64,000 nucleotides of DNA from Clostridia bacterium (GTDB lineage: Bacteria; Bacillota; Clostridia; Peptostreptococcales; JAAYPU01), in the NCBI GenBank assembly GCA_028279945.1, contig JANQMT010000105.1, positions 33,628 to 97,627 of the forward strand. Reading direction: 5' to 3'. Shown here piece after piece: positions 23,078 to 32,452 of the stretch (within the stretch, counting starts at the first letter, position 1; every line of letters starts with the position of its first letter). The position numbers were made by a program, and so were the translations under genes. A model generated the notes under the pieces. That model had not been told where the DNA came from. It saw nothing but the letters and a program-made list of their open reading frames with translations, and did no database searches.

Positions 23078-24379
23078 ATGGAATTATTAATTAGTATTTT
23101 AATTTTAATGGTTACATTAATCATTGGTGTACCGGTTCCCTTTTGTTTCGGTGCATCGGTTATATGGTTAGTGGTTACCTTAGGATACGATCCAAGTTTT
23201 TTATTGCCGGTAGGATATAGTAAAATGTCTTCTATTGTTTTACTAGCGATTCCCTTATTTATCTTAGCAGGTGGGCTGATTGAAAAAGGGAAAATAGGTG
23301 AAGCGCTGGTTAACTTTGTTGAGCTGTTTGTAGGAAGAATAAAGGGCGGCCTTGGAGCTGTTGCCGTAATAAGCTGTGCTATTTTTGGTTCAATATCCGG
23401 AAGCGCATCGGCTACGCTTTCCTGTATAGGGTCAATTATGTTCCCAAAACTAGATGAGGCAAAGTATCCCAGAGGATTGTCTGCTGCATTGATTTCAAAT
23501 GCCGCACCATTAGGGTTATTGATACCGCCAAGTTCAATACAGATTTTATATGCTTGGATCGGTAATCAATCTGTATTAGCCTGCTTTTTAGCAACCATCG
23601 TTCCGGGACTAATTCTTACAGCCTTACTTTGCATCGTCAATTTTTATTTTGCAAGAAATAATAAGGAAATAGTTGTTCAGGAACCAGTTTCCAAACAAGC
23701 CTATAAAAAAATGTTTGTAAAACGAACTAAAAGAGTTGCACCCGCTATGTTCATGCCATTTGTTGTACTGGGAGGCATATATGGTGGTATCATGACACCA
23801 ACTGAAGCGGCTGCAGTGGCTGTTTTGTATTCTGTTCCTGTAGGGTTTTTGGTATATAGGGGCTTAAATATGAAGAATTTTAAATCGGCATTGGTAGAAA
23901 CAGCTACAACAACAGGCGTTATTATGGTCATGTTCTACGTGGTAATGATATTGAGCAGATTATTTATTATGGAGAATCTTCCCAATAAGATGATTGATAT
24001 TTTGACGGCTATTTCTCCAAATAAATATGTCATATTAGTGATGGTGAACATTTTTATGGTAATCATCGGAATGTTAATGGATGACGTAAGCGGCGTATTA
24101 TTAGCAACACCTGTGTTATTGCCTCTTGTAACAGAATTAGGAGTAAGTCCTGTGCACTTCGCAGCCATATTGGGCGTTAATTTAGGAATGGGTAACATAA
24201 CACCACCTACGGCACCACTATTATATCTTGGTGCAAGAATTGGAAAAGCGAAAATAAATGAGATGATGACACCAACTATGGCAATGATCCTATTTGCTTG
24301 GATACCAACTTTAATCATTACTACTTATTTCCCACAAGTAGCACTGTTCTTGCCAACAAAACTATTGGGTGCTTTATAA
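23078..24379 (+). CDS. TRAP transporter large permease (DctM family)
   Basis: 433 aa polytopic protein with typical DctM motifs (GSISGSASAT, MTPTEAAAVAV). Confidence 0.88.
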   Translation: MELLISILILMVTLIIGVPVPFCFGASVIWLVVTLGYDPSFLLPVGYSKMSSIVLLAIPLFILAGGLIEKGKIGEALVNFVELFVGRIKGGLGAVAVISCAIFGSISGSASATLSCIGSIMFPKLDEAKYPRGLSAALISNAAPLGLLIPPSSIQILYAWIGNQSVLACFLATIVPGLILTALLCIVNFYFARNNKEIVVQEPVSKQAYKKMFVKRTKRVAPAMFMPFVVLGGIYGGIMTPTEAAAVAVLYSVPVGFLVYRGLNMKNFKSALVETATTTGVIMVMFYVVMILSRLFIMENLPNKMIDILTAISPNKYVILVMVNIFMVIIGMLMDDVSGVLLATPVLLPLVTELGVSPVHFAAILGVNLGMGNITPPTAPLLYLGARIGKAKINEMMTPTMAMILFAWIPTLIITTYFPQVALFLPTKLLGAL

Positions 24380-24393
24380 GCAGGGAGGTATAA

Positions 24394-25962
24394 ATGCAAG
24401 ACATAAATACGGTAAGCATATTTAACGATGTAATCGGTCCGATTATGGCCGGACCTTCAAGCTCTCATACAGCAGGGCCGGCGAGAATTGGGAAGATAAT
24501 TTATAATCTTTTTAACGAAGAAATTAGTCATATAGATATATGTTTTGATATAAATGGGTCCTATCCCGCAACTTATAGAGGACAGGGAAGTGACAAAGGA
24601 TTTATTGCGGGATTAATGGGCTGGGATGCTGAAGATGAACGGTTACCATATGCATTAGAGGCAGCGGGCGAAAACAATATCAGCTATCACTTCCATTCTG
24701 CTGACCTTGGTGCAGCACATCCAAATGCATCTAAGATTACTGTCACATCAAAAAACGGCAGGACAATGGAAGTGGATTCACATTCTACAGGTGGAGGGGC
24801 ATTTGAGATTGTTGGCATTGATGGCTTTTTAGTTCAGATGTGTGGTGATTTTTATGAGTGTATTTGTATTTGCCAAAACAATGACCAACAAGTATTAGAA
24901 ATAATGCATCCATATGTTGAAAATAAAAAAAATAGTCATATCGTCGTCAGACAGCAAGGTAATAAAAAAATGATCCAGCTTTCAAGCAGCAGCCCATTTG
25001 ATGAAGACTTTATAGAAAAAGTAAAGGCATTTGAAGATACAAAAGTATTAACAACAGATTTAATAATGCCTATAGCTTCCTTCAAAAAGGTAGAAATACC
25101 CTTTAGAACAGCCCAGGAAGCTCTCAATTACAGCTGTCATAATCATATACATTCTTTAGCTGAGCTGGCATATATATATGAATGTACTCGCAGTGGATTG
25201 GAAAAATCGGTTATAAAAGAAAAGGCACGTACCATATATCAAGCCATGAAACAATCTATCAATAACGGAATAAAATCTGATTTTAAGATGAGAGGATTTT
25301 TAGAACCAAAAGCTTCAAAAATGAGGCAGAACTTACTTGAAAGAAAAACGACTGATATTGGTGTCTTAAACAGCATCATGATCTATGCAACGGCAGTGAT
25401 GGAATACAATAGTTCTATGGGAACCGTTGTAGCTGCGCCAACAGCAGGGTCGTGTGGTGTTTTGCCGGCGGTATTATGTACAATGGAGGAAAACAACTAC
25501 CCACTTGAAAAAGTAATAGATGGACTGATGGTAGCAGGTTTGATAGGTGTTTTTATCAGCCATCAGGCGACTTTTGCTGCTGAAGTTTGTGCATGCCAAG
25601 CGGAGAATGGATCAGCATCTTCTATGGCTGCTGCTGCTATGGTGTATTTATGTGATGGCACAATAGAAGAAGGATTTTCGGCTGCAGGACTGGCCCTGCA
25701 AAATATGTTAGGGCTGATTTGTGACCCTATTGGAGGGCTGGTTGATATTCCTTGTGTTAACAGAAATGCTGCGGCTGCTTCAAATGCGCTGACTTCAGCC
25801 AATATGACACTAACCGGTTTTGATTCTGTTATACCCCTTGACGAGGTAATTATTGCAATGAGAGAGACTGGAAAACTATTACCGAGTGAGTTGAAGTGTA
25901 CCGGTAAAGGCGGGTTATGTATCACACCGACTGCAATGAGAATTGCTGAAGGTATAACATAG
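24394..25962 (+). CDS. Fe-S L-serine dehydratase family protein, fused beta-alpha single chain
   Basis: N-terminal FNDVIGPIMAGPSSSHTAGP, an ACT-like middle domain, and an alpha domain with conserved Cys (GSCGVLPA, EVCACQAENGSAS). Confidence 0.85.
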   Translation: MQDINTVSIFNDVIGPIMAGPSSSHTAGPARIGKIIYNLFNEEISHIDICFDINGSYPATYRGQGSDKGFIAGLMGWDAEDERLPYALEAAGENNISYHFHSADLGAAHPNASKITVTSKNGRTMEVDSHSTGGGAFEIVGIDGFLVQMCGDFYECICICQNNDQQVLEIMHPYVENKKNSHIVVRQQGNKKMIQLSSSSPFDEDFIEKVKAFEDTKVLTTDLIMPIASFKKVEIPFRTAQEALNYSCHNHIHSLAELAYIYECTRSGLEKSVIKEKARTIYQAMKQSINNGIKSDFKMRGFLEPKASKMRQNLLERKTTDIGVLNSIMIYATAVMEYNSSMGTVVAAPTAGSCGVLPAVLCTMEENNYPLEKVIDGLMVAGLIGVFISHQATFAAEVCACQAENGSASSMAAAAMVYLCDGTIEEGFSAAGLALQNMLGLICDPIGGLVDIPCVNRNAAAASNALTSANMTLTGFDSVIPLDEVIIAMRETGKLLPSELKCTGKGGLCITPTAMRIAEGIT

Positions 25963-26002
25963 TCATATAAAAAAATCTCCTCTATACACATATAGTACTA
26001 TG

Positions 26003-26036
26003 AAAATGATGAGGCTTTTTTCACCTCATCATTTTT
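26003..26036 (+). terminator. rho-independent terminator ending the TRAP operon
   Basis: AAAATGATGAGG / CCTCATCATTTT 12-bp stem plus a T-run. Confidence 0.8.
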
Positions 26037-26101
26037 ACATTCAGATTTAAAGAAAATGAATGTAAAAAGTTAAATTGTATCAGTAATAAGAAGTACTAAG
26101 T

Positions 26102-26130
26102 TTGATTTTAGCTTTGGACTTTATTATAAT
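26102..26130 (+). promoter_or_regulatory. candidate sigma-A promoter
   Basis: TTGATT, 17-nt spacer, TATAAT. Confidence 0.55.
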
Positions 26131-26169
26131 GATAACGAAATATAACAACATATAAGGAGGCTAATCTCT

Positions 26170-26232
26170 ATGGCAATAAAGAGATATCTCATCATTTTAG
26201 TTGAGATGTCTGTTGTAGCGGCAGTTAAGTAA
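26170..26232 (+). CDS. candidate 20-aa hydrophobic small ORF (MAIKRYLIILVEMSVVAAVK)
   Basis: AAGGAGG lies 9 nt upstream of the ATG. Sits downstream of a near-consensus promoter and upstream of the GNAT gene. No homology evidence. Confidence 0.3.
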   Translation: MAIKRYLIILVEMSVVAAVK

Positions 26233-26270
26233 TATAAGTTTGTAATATGGGGTTAAAGTGGGAGGAGGAC

Positions 26271-26774
26271 ATGAATTTTCAATTAAATGATTGGCAGATA
26301 GAATATGCCAAAAGTATTGCGAAATATGCAAACAACAAAAAAATATCAAACAATCTCAGAAATATTTTTCCGTATCCATATACCATTGAAGATGCCAGAT
26401 GGTACGCTAACGAGTGTATCCATGCAGATCCAACCCGTCAATGTGTCAAAGTGATTACCGTTGAAGGCCAGGCAGTAGGCTGTATAGGTGTTTCAATCCA
26501 AGATGATGTACATTGTAAAAGTGCAGAAATAGGGTATTGGCTGGGGGTACCTTTTTGGAATAAAGGTATTATGACCAAAGCAATTCGGCAGATGTCTAAA
26601 ATCGCCTTTGAACAACTGGACATCGTACGAATTTTTGCAGAACCTTTCGCCTATAACACGGGCTCACGAAAATCACTTGAGAAAGCAGGCTATCAATTGG
26701 AAGGTGTTATGAGGAAAAGTATTTATAAGAATGGGAATATCTATGATTCATGTATCTATTCACTCATTAAATAG
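26271..26774 (+). CDS. GNAT N-acetyltransferase (RimJ/RimL-like)
   Basis: Acetyltransf_3-like core (IGYWLGVPFWNKGIMTKA, NTGSRKSLEKAGY). ATG 26271 follows GGGAGGAGG. Confidence 0.8.
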   Translation: MNFQLNDWQIEYAKSIAKYANNKKISNNLRNIFPYPYTIEDARWYANECIHADPTRQCVKVITVEGQAVGCIGVSIQDDVHCKSAEIGYWLGVPFWNKGIMTKAIRQMSKIAFEQLDIVRIFAEPFAYNTGSRKSLEKAGYQLEGVMRKSIYKNGNIYDSCIYSLIK

Positions 26775-26783
26775 CTTAAAATT

Positions 26784-26815
26784 AAAATCCGATAATAATT
26801 TATCGGATTTTTTAA
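26784..26815 (+). terminator. rho-independent terminator after GNAT gene
   Basis: AAAATCCGATAA / TTATCGGATTTT perfect 12-bp stem with a 4-nt loop and a T-run. Confidence 0.8.
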
Positions 26816-26886
26816 TATAAAAATCTTTAATGTGTTGTCACACCTGATTTGTTTTGTGTCAAAACCAAACGAGTATTATGGAGGAA

Positions 26887-27585
26887 TTATAATTTTCTAA
26901 GCAATTCATAAAGTTTGTCTAACTGTTCTTTTGATAAACTACGAGAGAGTTTGGTTATTTCTTCATCCAAAGGTTCATGAATCTTTTCTCCTTTTTTGTT
27001 TTCTTCAAATGGACACTGTATATTCAGCGAAGCCAGGAAGAAGTTTATACAATCTTCTGTAGCAAAAGAATTATCTATGAAGAATAAACCCAGGTTCATT
27101 TCTAATCTGCTTATAATTAAAAGAATATAGAAATTGAGTTTAGAAATATTCAAAGTGAAAGTAAACGGATCAAGTATTGCATTTCCATTGGAATAAACTA
27201 AGGAAAGACTAGGAAAAAAATTTTCATCTATTATTGGTGGGTTCTGCAATGTTTCATGTATAAATGCATTGATTTCTTTGTTGGAATGGATCATACAATC
27301 CTGGTCATATGTTATAATACCAACTTGAACTTGATTTATAAATAATCCTATGATAAACGTTGATAAGCTGATTTGAATATTGGCGGCGACTGTGCTGGCA
27401 TTAAATTGAGTAGATGGATTTATGGTTGATGCGCTAATGAAATAAAATAATCTATTCAAATTTCGAAAAATAAGCTTACCATCTTTTATGATAGGGTTGC
27501 TATTATCTAAAAAAGCACTACATGGTGGAATTTCTCCACCTTCATAAAGATTACAATCTGGTTTTTTCATAGTATTCACTTCCAC
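26887..27585 (-). CDS. hypothetical protein, no recognisable family
   Basis: 232-aa ORF (alternative start at 27570) with no competing ORF. N/I/F-rich, no TM helices, helical acidic/basic C-terminus. Divergent from the AraC gene. Confidence 0.55.
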   Translation of the reverse strand: MEVNTMKKPDCNLYEGGEIPPCSAFLDNSNPIIKDGKLIFRNLNRLFYFISASTINPSTQFNASTVAANIQISLSTFIIGLFINQVQVGIITYDQDCMIHSNKEINAFIHETLQNPPIIDENFFPSLSLVYSNGNAILDPFTFTLNISKLNFYILLIISRLEMNLGLFFIDNSFATEDCINFFLASLNIQCPFEENKKGEKIHEPLDEEITKLSRSLSKEQLDKLYELLRKL

Positions 27586-27721
27586 ATAAAAAATACTAGT
27601 AGTTTCACAATATGATTTTGTATAGAGAGCTGTTACAGGTGTGGATAAACCTTTTGAAAAATGTCGTTGGTATTTATGATATAATTATATATTATTTAGA
27701 GTATTAATTTTGTAGGCATAA

Positions 27722-28735
27722 ATGATGAGTGATTATTCAGAGAATGAAGGTGATTGGTTGAACTCTGCAATTTTTATTAACCAGATGGATGATTATTATG
27801 GCATTTTAAAGAGAAAATATGGTTTTACCCATTTAGAGGATGAAAATACAGGTAGGCTTATTGTTCCAAAGGAACTTGGAAGGGGTTACATAAGTGCAAT
27901 ATCACCTTGCTGTGATGTAGAGATTTCCATAATGCATTTAAGACTTCTTCATCCACTTGTTATGTGCTATGAGAATTTCGACTGTATGTTTGAAGCAACC
28001 TACTGTTTTAGTGGATATATCTCGTGTTCGGAAACGGGTGTAATCGATACCTGCCTTAGCCGGAATGAATTGGGTATTTATATTAAACCTAATAGTCGTG
28101 GTATGATGATGTACCCATCAGGGGAGGAAATCTTTGCGGTTTCAATTTTGGCCAAAAATCAATTATATAAGCAACTCCCTTATAAGGACGATTTTAGACG
28201 ACACAACAGTACTTGTCATAATTTGACCAACGCTCTTATGAGTCCAAAGAAAACGAGTGTACAGATACAGAATTTATTTAGTCAGATTATTGAGAATCAA
28301 ATTGATGACCAGCTGCAGCCATCCTTTTTAGAAGGGGCATCAAAGATGATTTTATCTTTATTGTGGCAAAACAATGTCGTGAATACTTTTAAAGGCGTAA
28401 AGTCTTGCAGCTATTGTTCTGCAGATCAAAAGGCAATACAGGAAGTGGAGCATATATTAAGGCGTGATTATATGAACCCTCCAACCACCGGCCAACTTTC
28501 TAAAATGGTTGCAATTAATGAGTATAAGCTTAAAAATGGTTTTCGGGAGATGTTCGGAAAGACCATTTATGAATATATACGCCAACTACGGATGAGCAAT
28601 GCAAAAAACCTGCTGGAAAATGATGATCTGAGCATCAGTCAAATTGCATATATGGTAGGATATATCAATACCAGTCATTTTGCCAGGGCGTTTAGAAAGG
28701 AATATGGTGTAAATCCTAGTGATTTGCGTAGCTGA
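27722..28735 (+). CDS. AraC-family transcriptional regulator
   Basis: C-terminal double HTH (LSISQIAYMVGYINTSHFARAFRKEYGVNPSDLR). The roughly 230-aa N-terminal sensor domain belongs to no family I recognise. Confidence 0.85.
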   Translation: MMSDYSENEGDWLNSAIFINQMDDYYGILKRKYGFTHLEDENTGRLIVPKELGRGYISAISPCCDVEISIMHLRLLHPLVMCYENFDCMFEATYCFSGYISCSETGVIDTCLSRNELGIYIKPNSRGMMMYPSGEEIFAVSILAKNQLYKQLPYKDDFRRHNSTCHNLTNALMSPKKTSVQIQNLFSQIIENQIDDQLQPSFLEGASKMILSLLWQNNVVNTFKGVKSCSYCSADQKAIQEVEHILRRDYMNPPTTGQLSKMVAINEYKLKNGFREMFGKTIYEYIRQLRMSNAKNLLENDDLSISQIAYMVGYINTSHFARAFRKEYGVNPSDLRS

Positions 28736-28929
28736 GGAGGATGCAATAAAGGAATATAATCTGGACGATAGGTGTTGCAAGAAAATATAATTGAGTGGTG
28801 CAAAACACAAAATTTTTCAATCAGAGTGTATATATTCCTTCTCGGAGCGGAACTGAAAAGAGTGTGTTGATAGAATGAGTATTGAGAGAATCAATGCTCA
28901 TTTAAAGTTTTTGAAAGGTGGGAAGTAGA

Positions 28930-30687
28930 ATGCTTCAAAGTATAAAACGCTTATTTCAGTTTACCGAAGAATACAAAAGAAAGATGATCTTGTCCATATT
29001 TTTAGCAATTGGCAGTGTTGCAGCGGGAATCCTTCCATACTTTCTAGTACATCGGTTTGTTTTGGAAATATTATATCCGTCTATTCCAAAAACAGAATTG
29101 ATGGTTATTGCAATAGCTATAGGTGTGTTATTAATCTTGAAGACAGTATTGTTTATTTTTTCTACCATGCTGTCCCATCAGGCTGCATATTGCATTCTGC
29201 GAAATATTCGATTAAAACTTGCAAATAAGCTTACCAGATTACCTCTTGGATATGTTCTTGAAAGAGATTCAGGTGTTATAAAGAAGGTAATGGAAAATGA
29301 TGTGGAGGAATTGGAGCGGTTCTTAGCCCATAACATTCCCGAAACCATATCCAGTGTTCTTGTACCGGTTCTTGTTTTGATTTATCTTGTTTTCATTGAT
29401 TGGCGCATGGCTGCTGCTATGCTCATATTTATACCTATTGCAGCTTTCTTCTATGTATTGATGATGCGTATTAACAAAGAAAAGCTGGATAAGTATTACC
29501 GTGCAGTTGATAAGATGAATGCTGTAGTTGTAGAGTATGTAAATGGGATGAAAGAAATAAAAGCATTTAACCAATCTGAAGGAGCATTTTTTCGGTTTCG
29601 GGAGGCAATAAACGATTATCGTCGATATGTCTTAGACTGGTATAAAGCATGCTGGCCCCTTATGTCTGCCTATTTTGTATTGATACAGGCATCTGTTGTT
29701 TCGGTACTCCCCTTAGGATTATATTTGACCATTAATGGCAGCCTTGATGTTTCGGTGCTTGTTCTGTTTCTTTTGATTTCTATGGGCTTTGCCGCACCGC
29801 TGATGAAATTATCGGAATTTGCGGACGGAATTATTGCAGTGACAAATGCAGAGAAGAATGTGCATGGGATTTTATCTGAGACTGAAATACCTATCAAAAC
29901 CCAAAATGTAAGTCCTAAAAATCACACCGTGAAGTTTAAAAATGTTTCCTTTGCTTATGATAACGAATTTGTATTGAATCATGTGTCCTTTGAGGCAGTT
30001 GAAGGAAAATCTCTTGCTATTATAGGGCCATCAGGAAGTGGTAAGTCAACGATAGCAAAACTTATCTGCCGTTTTTGGGATATAGAAAAAGGAGAGATTT
30101 GCATTGGCGATGTTAACATCCGTGATATAAAGCCGGATAACCTGATGGATATGGTCAGTTTTGTTTTTCAAGATACATTCTTATTCAACATGTCCATAAG
30201 AGAGAACATACGGGTTGGTAAACCGGAAGCTTCTGACGGGGATATCATTGCGGCTGCAAAAATGGCTAAATGTCATGACTTCATCATGAAAACAAAAAAT
30301 GGCTATGACACTTTAGCCGGGGATGCAGGTAACCGTTTAAGCGGCGGTGAAAGACAGCGAATATGTATTGCTAGAGCGATTCTGAAAAATGCTCCAATTT
30401 TAATTTTGGATGAAGCAACTTCAAGTATTGACCCTGATTCTGAAGAACAAATACAAGAGGCACTTGGTGAATTGGCAAAGGGAAAAACTCTGATTGTTAT
30501 TGCACATCGTATTCGTACTATTATGGGCTTTGATAATATTATAGTGCTGCAAGATGGTGAAATATGTGCCTCAGGAAAGCATGAGAAGCTTTTGGAGACC
30601 AGCAGTGTATATCAATGCATTTTCCAGGCTTATACTTTTACTGAAAGCTGGACTATAAAGTCGGGAAAGGAGATGAGAAAATGCTAA
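28930..30687 (+). CDS. ABC exporter, fused permease/ATPase (heterodimer half 1)
   Basis: 6-TM domain plus NBD with Walker A GPSGSGKST, signature LSGGERQR and Walker B ILILDEATS. Confidence 0.9.
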   Translation: MLQSIKRLFQFTEEYKRKMILSIFLAIGSVAAGILPYFLVHRFVLEILYPSIPKTELMVIAIAIGVLLILKTVLFIFSTMLSHQAAYCILRNIRLKLANKLTRLPLGYVLERDSGVIKKVMENDVEELERFLAHNIPETISSVLVPVLVLIYLVFIDWRMAAAMLIFIPIAAFFYVLMMRINKEKLDKYYRAVDKMNAVVVEYVNGMKEIKAFNQSEGAFFRFREAINDYRRYVLDWYKACWPLMSAYFVLIQASVVSVLPLGLYLTINGSLDVSVLVLFLLISMGFAAPLMKLSEFADGIIAVTNAEKNVHGILSETEIPIKTQNVSPKNHTVKFKNVSFAYDNEFVLNHVSFEAVEGKSLAIIGPSGSGKSTIAKLICRFWDIEKGEICIGDVNIRDIKPDNLMDMVSFVFQDTFLFNMSIRENIRVGKPEASDGDIIAAAKMAKCHDFIMKTKNGYDTLAGDAGNRLSGGERQRICIARAILKNAPILILDEATSSIDPDSEEQIQEALGELAKGKTLIVIAHRIRTIMGFDNIIVLQDGEICASGKHEKLLETSSVYQCIFQAYTFTESWTIKSGKEMRKC

Positions 30688-32420
30688 ATATTATCAAAAG
30701 AATGCTTTTTTTGTCTGGAAAATACAAAGGGAAACTGATTTTTTCCTTTGTAATGAGTATTCTGGAAAACATAATGGCTTCATTGTCAATGTTTGCAATT
30801 TTTGTTGCGCTTCAGTGGATTGCTATAGGAGAACTGACCTATCAACGCATTAAATTGCTGGCCGTCATATTGCTGGCATCTCTTTTATTCCGATTCATTT
30901 TTAAACTTTTGGAATATATATTTCAAAGCGGCGTAGGCTATGAAATTGTATGCGGCAAAAGATTAAAGCTTGGCGAAAAGCTGATACATCTTTCTATGGG
31001 CTTTTTTAGCAATACAGACGCAGGCAATATTTCTTCGGTCATTAACAATGATCTTGTTTTTATAGAAAATTTAGCTATGAATTTTCTATCAAAAATTATT
31101 GGTGGAATGATCAGTGCAGTATTAATGATGGCTTTTTTGTTTATTGTAGACTGGCGGATTGGCTTGATTGCTTGTATTTGGTATCCAATTGCATTGCTGT
31201 TCAACTGCAAAGTACAAAGCACTTTTAAAAAGCGTTCCTATGAAAGACAGGAAATGCATTCCCGGACTTCTTCCGTTATGCTAGAATATTTGCAGGGAAT
31301 ATTTGTCATAAAATCCTTTAACCTTGCTGGAAATCAAGAGTTCAGGTTGAAAGATGTATTAAGGAGGCTGGAAATTGCATCCTATGATTTTGAAATAAAG
31401 GTACTTCCATGGATCGCGTTGTACCTTTCTTGTTTTCATGTGGGGATTGCTTTTATATTAACTGCTGTGACTTATTTTTTCTTTGGAGGCACTATGACAC
31501 TTTCTATAGCACTATTTTTTGTTGTCATGATTTTTACATTTTATATGCCTATGGAGCTGATAGGATTATTTTCAGGGTTCATGCGACTTATGAATGCTTG
31601 TCTCGATCGTATGCATTTGTTGCTGGACCAACCCATCATGGATAATGACGGCAAATCAATCAAGCTTTCTCGATATGATGTGACATTTAATGATGTAACT
31701 TTTTCATATGGTGATAAACCAGTGCTGAATAATATCAGTTTCTATGCGCCTGAACGTTCTATGACTGCCATAGTAGGACCTTCTGGCAGCGGAAAAAGTA
31801 CAATTCTTAACTTGATTTCTAGATTTTGGGACGTTGATAAAGGCAACATTGAAATTGGCGGGGTTAAAGTAAGAGAAATGAAATGTGACAGTATACTGGA
31901 AAATATCAGTGCCGTATTCCAAAAAGCTTATTTATTTCATGATACCGTATTTCATAATATTCAATTTGGAAATCCAAACGCTACAAAGGAAAGAGTTTTG
32001 GAAGCCGCAAAAAAAGCACATTGTCATGAATTCATCATGAAACTGGAAAAGGGGTATGATACGGTTATTGGTGAAGGCGGGGACACGCTTTCCGGAGGGG
32101 AGCGGCAAAGAATTTCCATTGCGCGTGCTATACTAAAAAATGCACCCATTGTACTTTTGGATGAAGTAACTGCTAATATTGATCCGGAAAATGAAATGTT
32201 GATACAACAGGCCATTAATGAGCTTGTACAGGAAAAAACTGTTTTTATTGTTGCCCATAAGCTTGCAACCATACAAAATGCCGATCAGATTTTAGTGTTA
32301 AGCCATAAAGGCGAAATTTGTGAACTAGGGACACATGATGATTTGGTAAAAAACAATAAGATGTATGCTTTACTTTGGGAAAAATCACAAAAGATAAGCA
32401 ATTGGTCAATTGTTGTATAA
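30681..32420 (+). CDS. ABC exporter, fused permease/ATPase (heterodimer half 2)
   Basis: Overlaps the upstream gene by 7 nt. Walker A GPSGSGKST, LSGGERQR, VLLDEVTA. Confidence 0.9.
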   Translation: MLNIIKRMLFLSGKYKGKLIFSFVMSILENIMASLSMFAIFVALQWIAIGELTYQRIKLLAVILLASLLFRFIFKLLEYIFQSGVGYEIVCGKRLKLGEKLIHLSMGFFSNTDAGNISSVINNDLVFIENLAMNFLSKIIGGMISAVLMMAFLFIVDWRIGLIACIWYPIALLFNCKVQSTFKKRSYERQEMHSRTSSVMLEYLQGIFVIKSFNLAGNQEFRLKDVLRRLEIASYDFEIKVLPWIALYLSCFHVGIAFILTAVTYFFFGGTMTLSIALFFVVMIFTFYMPMELIGLFSGFMRLMNACLDRMHLLLDQPIMDNDGKSIKLSRYDVTFNDVTFSYGDKPVLNNISFYAPERSMTAIVGPSGSGKSTILNLISRFWDVDKGNIEIGGVKVREMKCDSILENISAVFQKAYLFHDTVFHNIQFGNPNATKERVLEAAKKAHCHEFIMKLEKGYDTVIGEGGDTLSGGERQRISIARAILKNAPIVLLDEVTANIDPENEMLIQQAINELVQEKTVFIVAHKLATIQNADQILVLSHKGEICELGTHDDLVKNNKMYALLWEKSQKISNWSIVV

Positions 32421-32452
32421 ATCAAACTATGAAATCAACACAAAATGTGTAA

